This document shows, in pieces, positions 54,901 through 64,000 of a DNA stretch of 64,000 nt (positions are counted from its first letter, which is position 1; each line of letters opens with the position of its first letter). Both the position numbers and the translations under genes were made by a program. Below the pieces are notes generated by a model, which saw only the letters and a program-made list of their open reading frames with translations, was not told where the DNA came from and searched no databases. The DNA comes from an uncultured Verrucomicrobiae bacterium (GTDB lineage: Bacteria > Verrucomicrobiota > Verrucomicrobiia > Chthoniobacterales > JAATET01). The DNA is taken from the NCBI GenBank assembly GCA_963740185.1, contig CAVUDH010000015.1:646-64645 (forward strand), read 5' to 3'.

Positions 54901-56034
54901 ATGAAAATCGTGATGGGAGTGGGGATTGCGGCGCAGCCAATCTCGGCGGTCGGGATCGCGTGGACGGCGATGAACTGGCCACTGGGTTTTCGGGAACTGG
55001 GCTGGGAGGTGTGGCTGGTGGAGGCGTTGGATTCCACGAAGTGCATTGACCCCGAGTGGAACGCGGCGCCTTTTGCGGGGAGCGCGAACGAGGCGCACTG
55101 GAAGGAGATGATGGCGGCGTTTGGGTTCGAAGTTCGGTCGACGTTGCTGGTCGACGGAAAGGCGGAGAATCTGGAGGAGTTGCGGGACTTCGCAGCGGAG
55201 GCGGACGTTTTTCTGAACTATTCCGGGCACTTCAAGTCGCCGGCGGTCGAGTTTCCCCGGGCGGTGAAGGTGTATCTGGATGGCGATCCGGCATTTTCCC
55301 AGACGTGGGTGGAGAGCTACAATTGCGACATGAACTTTGCCGCGCACGATCGGTTCGTGACGGTGGGGACGGCGTGGGATACGGCGAACCGGTTCGCGCC
55401 GGACTGCGGGATCGAGTGGGTGCCGACGTTCCCGCCGGTGACGCTGCGATACTGGCCGTTTGCGCCGCAGGAGGAGTTTGGGCGGTTCACGACGATCGCG
55501 CACTGGGAGGGCTACAAGAACGCCGAGTGGCGGGGGGAGTGGTTGACGGGCAAGCGGGAGGAATTTCAGCGCTTCGTCGACGTCCCGCGCGGAGTGTCGC
55601 GTCCGGTCGAACTGGCGATGCACGTGAACGACCACCGGCTGGAGCTGGACCCGTTCCGCGCGGCGGGGTGGGAATTTTGTGAAGCAAAAGGGGTCTGCGG
55701 ATCGCTCGAGGATTACGCGAATTACGTGCGCGGTTCCTCGGCGGAGTTCTCCGTGGCGAAGGGCGGCTACGTGCTGTCGAAAGCGGGCTGGTTCAGCGAC
55801 CGGAGCGTGTGCTACGCGGCAGTCGGACGCCCACTGGTGTTGCAGGACACGGGGGTGAGCCGATTGCTTCCCGAGGGCGAAGGCTACTTCGGGTTCACGA
55901 CGCTATCGGAAGCGGTGGCGGCTTGCGAGCGGGTGATCGGAGACTTTGCCAATCAGCAGCGGGCCGCGCGGCGGTTGGCGGAGGCTTATTTCGCCAGCGA
56001 CGTGGTGCTGCCGAAGTTGCTGGATCGACTTTAG
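54901..56034 (+). CDS. Glycosyltransferase-like protein (CgeB/GT-B-like), paralog of 53623..54783
   Basis: MKIVMGVGIAAQPISAVGIAWTAMNWPLGFRELGWEVWLVE; YLDGDPAFSQ; AEFSVAKGGYVLSKAGWFSDRSVCYAAVGRPLVLQDTGVSRLLPEGEGYFGF. Confidence 0.55.
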   Translation: MKIVMGVGIAAQPISAVGIAWTAMNWPLGFRELGWEVWLVEALDSTKCIDPEWNAAPFAGSANEAHWKEMMAAFGFEVRSTLLVDGKAENLEELRDFAAEADVFLNYSGHFKSPAVEFPRAVKVYLDGDPAFSQTWVESYNCDMNFAAHDRFVTVGTAWDTANRFAPDCGIEWVPTFPPVTLRYWPFAPQEEFGRFTTIAHWEGYKNAEWRGEWLTGKREEFQRFVDVPRGVSRPVELAMHVNDHRLELDPFRAAGWEFCEAKGVCGSLEDYANYVRGSSAEFSVAKGGYVLSKAGWFSDRSVCYAAVGRPLVLQDTGVSRLLPEGEGYFGFTTLSEAVAACERVIGDFANQQRAARRLAEAYFASDVVLPKLLDRL

Positions 56035-56037
56035 AAA

Positions 56038-56400
56038 TCAGCGCCTGTCCGAGCGGCCTGATTCGGTCCGCGTGTCGTGATCGGCTTCGTCGAGTCCCTC
56101 ACGAATGAGTGCAGCGGCGACATTCCCCTCGTCTGGGAACTGGCTGGGAGTGCGGTGGCCGACGGTCCCTGGGACAAGGTCTTCGACTGCCGGCAGCGGG
56201 GCGTCCCCGGCGACTTCCTCGGGAGCCGCTGCCTGGGACTTCGTGGCATGAAGCTGGATGCGGGCGTTCTCGAGATCGACGGCGTTGGCCTCCTGGCGCC
56301 CATCACCGATGGCGAGCTCACGCGCTCGGTTTTCGATATCTTGCTGGCTGATTTCGCCGACACCGGAGCCGGCAACTTCAATTCGTTGAGTGGTGCTCAT
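56038..56400 (-). CDS. Hypothetical acidic protein (120 aa)
   Basis: ORF with protein-like composition (EISQQDIENRARELAIGDGRQEANAVDLENARIQL..). It lies 6 nt downstream of 56407..56772. The long plus-strand ORF 56077..56811 looks like its antisense shadow. Confidence 0.4.
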   Translation of the reverse strand: MSTTQRIEVAGSGVGEISQQDIENRARELAIGDGRQEANAVDLENARIQLHATKSQAAAPEEVAGDAPLPAVEDLVPGTVGHRTPSQFPDEGNVAAALIREGLDEADHDTRTESGRSDRR

Positions 56401-56406
56401 AGTGGT

Positions 56407-56772
56407 CTACCAGAAGCGGAATTGATTGATGACGTCGGCGAGCCGTTCGCTCAGCGTCGGTTCGGGACGGAGGCGGGCTGGGAGCTGGGCGGAAATTTTG
56501 CGCCCAAGGTCGTGAGAGAGTCGGCTGGACTGCTTTCCGAGCTTATGCAGCGAACGCTGGCCGGCGTTGCGGACGGAGCATTCCGGGGTGACGGCTTGAC
56601 TGGCGGCGGCACCGATGGCGATCCCGAGCAGGAAGAGGCCTCCGGTGACGAGCCAGACGTTGTCACGGGCGACTTCGGTGGTGCGGCAGGCGGCGGACTC
56701 GAGTTTCTCGGTCGCGTCGGGGGCAGCGTGGTCGGCAGCGAGAGGATCGGCTTCGGAAGGGTGAGTATTCAT
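56407..56772 (-). CDS. Hypothetical single-pass membrane protein (121 aa)
   Basis: Central TM NVWLVTGGLFLLGIAIGAAAS flanked by charged regions. Confidence 0.45.
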   Translation of the reverse strand: MNTHPSEADPLAADHAAPDATEKLESAACRTTEVARDNVWLVTGGLFLLGIAIGAAASQAVTPECSVRNAGQRSLHKLGKQSSRLSHDLGRKISAQLPARLRPEPTLSERLADVINQFRFW

Positions 56773-56901
56773 TTTGATTCAAAAGGTTTTCCTGGGCTGA
56801 TTCGCGAATGAGTGGCCAAGTGGTCGTCCGGATAAACCAGAAAGTTTTCGATCCTCTCTCCTTGCAATTTCCGGGCGATTGATTCGAATCGTGGGCTTTT
56901 T

Positions 56902-57261
56902 ATGAACGTCCCTGCGAATCCGTCGGTCGAAGACTTCGTCAGCTCCTACGTGGTGGAGCGACTGCCTCTTGGCATTTACGATCCCAACCAACCCCGGCGA
57001 CCGCGCGTCCCGGTGGTTTCTTTCGAGATCGAATTTCTGGAGGAGGACGTCGAGTCCGGCCTGATCCACGCGGCGGGACCGGTCCTGCTGCGGACTCCCG
57101 GTGGCGAAACGGAACGCCATTTGCGGGTCTCGATGCCACTCGTTGGAAAAAATGGTGACCGCCACGTCGCGGACGAATCGGCGGTGCGGGCGGTCTACGT
57201 GGTTCTGGTCAACGAGGAGAGTGGTTCCTGCAAGGAGACCGCCGCGTTAGCCAATACGTAG
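56902..57261 (+). CDS. Hypothetical protein (119 aa)
   Basis: ORF only. The competing minus-strand ORF 56779..57165 is Arg-rich and less protein-like. Confidence 0.3.
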   Translation: MNVPANPSVEDFVSSYVVERLPLGIYDPNQPRRPRVPVVSFEIEFLEEDVESGLIHAAGPVLLRTPGGETERHLRVSMPLVGKNGDRHVADESAVRAVYVVLVNEESGSCKETAALANT

Positions 57262-57271
57262 GCGCACCTGA

Positions 57272-59666
<2,395 letters not shown>

Positions 59667-59691
59667 CGCGCGCCGGGGGACCCCGGTCCCC

Positions 59692-60402
59692 TCACTCCAG
59701 CCGGTAGCCCAGTCCGTGCACCGTCAGGAGGTGCTCGGGCCGGGCCGGTTCGGCCTCGACCTTTTGGCGGAGCTTGACGACGACCTGATCCAGGGTTCGG
59801 GTCGTCCCGTAGTAGTCGATACCCCACACTTCGTTGAGAATTCGGTCGCGCGAAACGGCATTTCCCCGCTCCCGATAAAGCAGCGCCAGGACCGCCAATT
59901 CTCGGGGCGTGAGCGAGAATTCGACTTCACCACGCCGACCCCGCAACACCCGCGTCCGCACGCTGACGTCGCCAAACTCGATCACCTCCGGCGCACCTGC
60001 GAACGCCTCATCGGCGATCCCCGCCCGCCGGAGCAGCGCGTGAACTCTCGCCAGCAACTCCCGCACGCCGAATGGCTTCGTCACGTAATCGTCCGCCCCG
60101 ATCTCGAGCCCGACCACCTTGTCGATCTCCTCACCTTTAGCCGTCAGCATCAGGACCGGCACCGGGTTTTTCTTCGCCCGCAGATCCCGGCAAACGTCGA
60201 ACCCGCTCCGCTGCGGCAACATCACGTCCAGGATCACCAACGCCGGAGACGACTCCGTGATAAGCGCAAGCGCCAGCCCACCGTCATCGCATTCGATCAC
60301 CTCATATCCCTCGCCACTCAGGGCTTCGGCCACCCCCATCCGGATGTGCGCATCGTCCTCGACCACCACGATCCGCCGACTCACCCGACCTCCCTCGCCC
60401 AC
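59692..60402 (-). CDS. OmpR/PhoB-family response regulator
   Basis: Receiver RIVVVEDDAHIR..LVILDVMLPQRSGFDVC..LMLTAKGEEIDKVVGLEIGADDYVTKPF. Winged helix LTPRELAVLALLYRERGNAVSRDRILNEVWG..RTLDQVVVKLRQKVE..TVHGLGYRL. Confidence 0.9.
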   Translation of the reverse strand: MGEGGRVSRRIVVVEDDAHIRMGVAEALSGEGYEVIECDDGGLALALITESSPALVILDVMLPQRSGFDVCRDLRAKKNPVPVLMLTAKGEEIDKVVGLEIGADDYVTKPFGVRELLARVHALLRRAGIADEAFAGAPEVIEFGDVSVRTRVLRGRRGEVEFSLTPRELAVLALLYRERGNAVSRDRILNEVWGIDYYGTTRTLDQVVVKLRQKVEAEPARPEHLLTVHGLGYRLE

Positions 60403-61647
60403 GGCACGACCAGAGTGAACGTGCTGCCGCCGCCCTCGCGGCGCTCGACTTCGATCCGCCCACCGTGCTGCGCCGCGATTTCCGCTGCCAGCGTCAATCC
60501 CAGCCCGCTCCCGGTCACTCCACTCGCCAGCGAATCGTCCGACCGGTGGAACGGCTCGAAAATTTTCCGCTCCTCACCCGCCGGCACCCCGATTCCCCGG
60601 TCCAAAACCGCCACCCGCAAGGTGTCGGCAGCGCGCCCGCTCCGGAGTTCAATTGACCGGGCATCCCCACCGTATTTCTCAGCGTTCGCCAAGAGATTGA
60701 CCACCACCTGGCCCAGGGCGTCGGCGTCTCCCATCACTTCGTAGGGGCCCGGCTCCGCGACCCATTCGCACGAAAATCCCGCCTCCCGCAGATGCTCACT
60801 CTGCGCTTCCCACAACCGCTCCAGCTCCGGGAAAAAGTCGATCCGCTCCGATTTTCGAACGCCCGACCTCTTCCCGATCCGCGAGAAATCCAGCACGTTA
60901 TTGATCAGCCGCGTCAACCGTTCGCTCTCCAGAGGCGATGATCCGAAGATACTTCGTTCGCTTCTCCGGATCGTCCACCCGCCCGTCCCGGAGCAACTCC
61001 GCGAACATCCGGATCGACGTCAGCGGCGTCTTCAACTCGTGGGAGACGTTCGAAACGAAATCCGTCTTCTTTCCGGCCAGCACCACCTGACGCCGCGCGT
61101 CCAACGCCACGAGTGATCCCCCCGCCAGGATCGCCGCCAACGCCGCGACGATGAGTAAAAGGATCGTCAACGTGACCAAACGCGCCGACCGCACGAGCTG
61201 ACCCGAGTCCAGCAGGTAGAGCGCCGCCTCCCAGTGCGGAAGGGCGTCCCCGATCTCGGTCGCCACGAAGGGTCGCTTCCAGTCCGCCTGAAACTCCGTC
61301 GCCGTCCGCGCTACCGGCAGCGCCCGCTCGTCCAGCACCGCGAGACACCCACCCTCCGGCGGCCTGACCACCCGCCCGAAGATCTCCGTGACCAGCCGCT
61401 TCACCGCGTCCGCCGAGCAAGCCACCCCGAAGACGACGCCGTCGACTTCGGGCGCTCGCGCCCAAAAGATGACCTCCAGCTCGTTCTGCACGAAACGGGC
61501 GAGAATCCCGGATCCGCCGCGTGAGGTCGCGGTCTGAAAGTCCGACACCTCCGGCGCGATCTTAAGCGTGACGGCGGGTTTTGATTCAGCCAGCTCAGGT
61601 AAGGCCAACGCCGTGAGGAGAGAGAGGACAATGGGTGGTGTTTTCAT
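60381..61647 (-). pseudogene. Sensor histidine kinase (periplasmic sensor domain, HisKA, HATPase_c); 1 frame change near 60930
   Basis: FVSNVSHELKTPLTSIRMFAELL (H box). IASESERLTRLINNVLDFS is restored by removing one G at about 60930. Also VVVNLLANAEKYG (N box), DRGIGVP and GSGLGLTLAAEIA. It overlaps the response-regulator start by 22 nt. Confidence 0.85.
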
Positions 61648-61722
61648 CGACGCCACCCTGGCTCGAACCGCCCGGTCGGTTGTCAGAACGGGATGAAATC
61701 CGTGTAAAAGAAATGTGAAACG

Positions 61723-62658
61723 TCACGACCCGCACAGCTCCCGCGCCGCCTCCTCCCACCGAGGAAACTTGAATTGAAATCCCTCGTCCAGCATCCGCCC
61801 GGGCACGACGCGGCGGCTTTTCAGAATCAATTCCGTCTCGGCTCGCATCGCCAGCGCACCGACCTCCAGCATCCAGCGGGCCGCGGGGAGGCCTGCCGGA
61901 ACCCCCGCCGCCCGGCGGAGATCCCGCATGAACTCGTCGTTCGGCAGCGGATTCGGCGACGCGAGGTTGACGATTCCCGCGACGTCGTCGTGCGCGATCA
62001 GCCACTGGGTGGCCGCGACAAAATCCGCTTCGTGAATCCAGGAAACGAATTGCCGCCCATCGCCGGCCCGCCCGCCCAGACCCAGACGGACCAGACGATG
62101 CAGGAGGTCAAACGGCCCGCCTCGTCCCCGGCCCATTACGATGGCCGAGCGGAGCAGGACTTTGCGGGTTCCGGGCGTGACGGCGTCCTCCGTCGCCCGT
62201 TCCCACGCGTTGGCGACGTCGAGACTGAACTTCCACGTGTCCGGCAGGTTCGGTTCGTCGCCGCCGAGAATCCCCGTGGCTTCGTCGTTCGCGGCATCGA
62301 AGCGATGCGCGTAAATCGTCGCTGTGCTGGCCTGCAACCACACCCGCGGCGGGCGGGGCGCCCCGGCGATGGCCTCGCCGAGGATCCGCGTCGAATCCAC
62401 GCGCGAATCCATGATCGCGCGCCGATTGGCTTCGCCGTAGCGGCAATTCACACTTCGTCCCGCGAGGTTGATGACGACGTCCGCCCCGTTGATCTCCTCT
62501 GTCCAATCGCCGGTGGTCACGCCATCCCACTGGACGGTGCGCCAGGGCGATTGTTTTGGCGAACGGCTCAGGACCACGACTTCGCGGCCGCTCCGGTGGA
62601 AGACCCAGCTCAAGAGCGTGCCGACGTGGCCGCTGCCTCCGGGAAGGATAATTTTCAT
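61723..62658 (-). CDS. NAD-dependent epimerase/dehydratase-family protein with a DUF1731-type C-terminus (YfcH/SDR39U1-like)
   Basis: MKIILPGGSGHVGTLL, VVINLAGRSVNCRY, WLQASTATIYA, C-terminal SRRVVPGRMLDEGFQFKFPRWEEA. Confidence 0.8.
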   Translation of the reverse strand: MKIILPGGSGHVGTLLSWVFHRSGREVVVLSRSPKQSPWRTVQWDGVTTGDWTEEINGADVVINLAGRSVNCRYGEANRRAIMDSRVDSTRILGEAIAGAPRPPRVWLQASTATIYAHRFDAANDEATGILGGDEPNLPDTWKFSLDVANAWERATEDAVTPGTRKVLLRSAIVMGRGRGGPFDLLHRLVRLGLGGRAGDGRQFVSWIHEADFVAATQWLIAHDDVAGIVNLASPNPLPNDEFMRDLRRAAGVPAGLPAARWMLEVGALAMRAETELILKSRRVVPGRMLDEGFQFKFPRWEEAARELCGS

Positions 62659-62698
62659 GGGATCAAGATTCGGATGACGGTGGAAGAAGCGGGTGGAC

Positions 62699-63073
62699 TC
62701 AGGCGACCGGCAGGGCAGGAGGGTCCTGATCCACCGCGCGGCGGCGCAGTTTGGTGAAGACGATAAGGTTAAAGAAGTGCATGAACCCGAGAACGAGCAA
62801 AACGATCCCGATCTTGCCGCTGAGGGCTTCGAAAACGTCCCGCGCTGTCTCAACCTGAATCCCCAACTTCAGGAACAGGCTCACGAAGCCAAAGTTCACG
62901 AGGTAAAATCCCACGACCAGCAGGTGATTCACGCTGTCGGCGAGGGGTTCGTTCCGGCGAAAACAATCGACCAGAAATATCCGCCCATTCTTCGAGAGCG
63001 TGCGGGCGACCCAGATCGTGACGCCGAGGCTGAGGGCAAGATACAGGCTGTAGGTGAGGATAATGTGGTTCAT
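62699..63073 (-). CDS. Hypothetical 4-TM membrane protein (124 aa), downstream of the GbsR-like regulator
   Basis: Hydrophobic helices IILTYSLYLALSLGVTIWVA, LLVVGFYLVNFGFVSLFL and IGIVLLVLGFMHFFNLIVF. Confidence 0.5.
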   Translation of the reverse strand: MNHIILTYSLYLALSLGVTIWVARTLSKNGRIFLVDCFRRNEPLADSVNHLLVVGFYLVNFGFVSLFLKLGIQVETARDVFEALSGKIGIVLLVLGFMHFFNLIVFTKLRRRAVDQDPPALPVA

Positions 63074-63129
63074 GGTGTTTTTGGTTGTTTGGTAGTTTCA
63101 GGAAAGAATGAAAGTTAAAGGCAAAATGT

Positions 63130-63690
63130 TTAGCCGAAGTGTTTGAGAGCGAGCTTGATCACCCGGTTTTTCTCGGACCCCGCGACCGCGTCCATCACGC
63201 GTTCGCCGACGTTGAGGAATTCGAGCAGCGACTGGATTTGCTCGTGGAATTCCCTAGCCTCGGATGAGCCGAGCGATTTGGTTTTCTCCTCGCACCGTTT
63301 GAGCACCTCGACCGCTGGCGAGATTTCGCGGCGGCGGCGCTCCCGCGTGATGATGCAGAACATTTTCCACACGTCCTTCTCCGCTTCGAAAAACTCCTTC
63401 CGCTCGCCCTTCCGCAGCACGGAACGGATCAACCCCCAACCGACGAGGTCGCGGAGATTGGTGTTGGCGTTGCCCCGGCTGATCTGAAGATCGTCCATGA
63501 TCTCGTCCGTGCTGAGTGGCTCGGGGCTCGTCATGAGCAGCGCGTGGATCTGCGCCATCGTCCGATTGATCCCCCAGGCGTTCCCGATCGTCCCCCACTG
63601 CGACACGAATTCCTCGCGGGCTTCGGTCAAGGTGGCGGCGGCGCTGGTTTCCATACTTTCAATAAATACTGAAAGTTCAGGATTGGTCAA
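63130..63690 (-). CDS. GbsR/MarR-family winged-helix transcriptional regulator
   Basis: EEFVSQWGTIGNAWGINRTMAQIHALLMTSPEPLSTDEIMDDLQISRGNANTNLRDLVGWGLIRSVLRKGERKEFFEAEKDVWKMF. Confidence 0.7.
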   Translation of the reverse strand: MTNPELSVFIESMETSAAATLTEAREEFVSQWGTIGNAWGINRTMAQIHALLMTSPEPLSTDEIMDDLQISRGNANTNLRDLVGWGLIRSVLRKGERKEFFEAEKDVWKMFCIITRERRRREISPAVEVLKRCEEKTKSLGSSEAREFHEQIQSLLEFLNVGERVMDAVAGSEKNRVIKLALKHFG

Positions 63691-63955
63691 TGGAGAAATT
63701 TAAAGACTCCACGACGATCCGCTGAGTCGGCGGCGCTTCCCACTGGTGTTTCGGGCTTGCGGAGACGGGAGGCGTGGGGTTGGTTGGGGCTGTGGCTGAT
63801 TTCGCTGACATTTTTTCGTCTGCGGTTCGGGCTGGGTTTCTCCCGGCTCGACTTGGCCTCCTTGCGTAATTTCACTGGTGACTCCCGCGATCCCGGCGAC
63901 GCGGCGTGTGCCGTGAGCCCACCCCATCTTCGCCGGGGCAACTTTCTCTTATCTT

Positions 63956-64000
63956 ATGTCAGACCAGGTCAAAATTTTTGATACGACGTTGCGCGACGGC
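63956..64000 (+). CDS. leuA: 5' end of a 2-isopropylmalate synthase / homocitrate synthase family gene (partial, continues past the window)
   Basis: MSDQVKIFDTTLRDG is the characteristic N-terminus (FDTTLRDGEQ block) of the LeuA/NifV family. Only 15 codons are visible. Confidence 0.55.
   Translation, partial: MSDQVKIFDTTLRDG

Noticed and set aside
53398-55635. 466-aa plus ORF (53398..54798) and the 670-aa extension of the minus ORF 53623..55635
   Set aside because: The plus ORF is antisense to the GT-like gene. In the 670-aa ORF, only the last 386 codons (from MRILVTG at 54783) align with the paralog. The upstream part is R/P/H-rich and overlaps the real plus-strand gene 54901..56034.
63691-63955. 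Leader peptide, attenuator or T-box upstream of leuA
   Set aside because: No run of Leu codons, no terminator/antiterminator pair and no T-box-like conserved sequence could be identified by eye. The 74-aa ORF 63757..63981 is unconvincing.

Overview
GC-rich bacterial chromosomal window (roughly 60-65% GC by eye). Gene content points to a Verrucomicrobiota (Opitutae-like) organism, though this is an inference: PEP-CTERM proteins, prepilin-like DUF1559 proteins, sulfatases, and many secreted glycan-active proteins. I recognise about 55 protein-coding loci. I saw no rRNA, tRNA, CRISPR array, transposase or integrase. Layout: (a) 1-20.3 kb is a carbohydrate/sulfated-glycan utilisation region holding a Kef antiporter, a GPH symporter, two sulfatases, an SGNH hydrolase, two large GH-like genes, a LacI regulator and a 1054-aa GH-like protein. 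(b) 20.3-32.3 kb is mostly housekeeping and envelope genes: folA, thyA, an LpxH-like gene, an MBL hydrolase, a thioredoxin-fold protein, a D-Ala-D-Ala carboxypeptidase, and PAP2 plus an ArnT-like transferase. (c) 32.3-36.5 kb holds a TonB-dependent receptor divergent from exbB-exbD-tonB, with a duplicated Fur-like operator between them. (d) 36.5-40.8 kb holds a rhaT remnant, a desaturase-Rieske-reductase fusion oxygenase, and truncated AraC and LacI regulators. (e) 40.8-50.9 kb is a second glycan locus: a PEP-CTERM beta-strand-repeat protein, DUF1559, LamG, a Na+/solute symporter, and three copies of a polysaccharide-lyase-like module. (f) 50.9-64 kb holds hisD, a clan-A-like GH, two divergent paralogous glycosyltransferase-like genes, small unknowns, katG, a two-component system, an SDR, a GbsR-like regulator and the start of leuA. 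The main global oddity is that reading frames are broken by 1-nt indels at very uneven density. There is about one break per 0.5 kb in 1-13.1 kb and 39.3-46.7 kb, versus about one per 5 kb elsewhere. Many loci are therefore called pseudogene 'as given', and this could equally be a sequencing artefact. All product calls come from motif recognition by eye; no database search was run.
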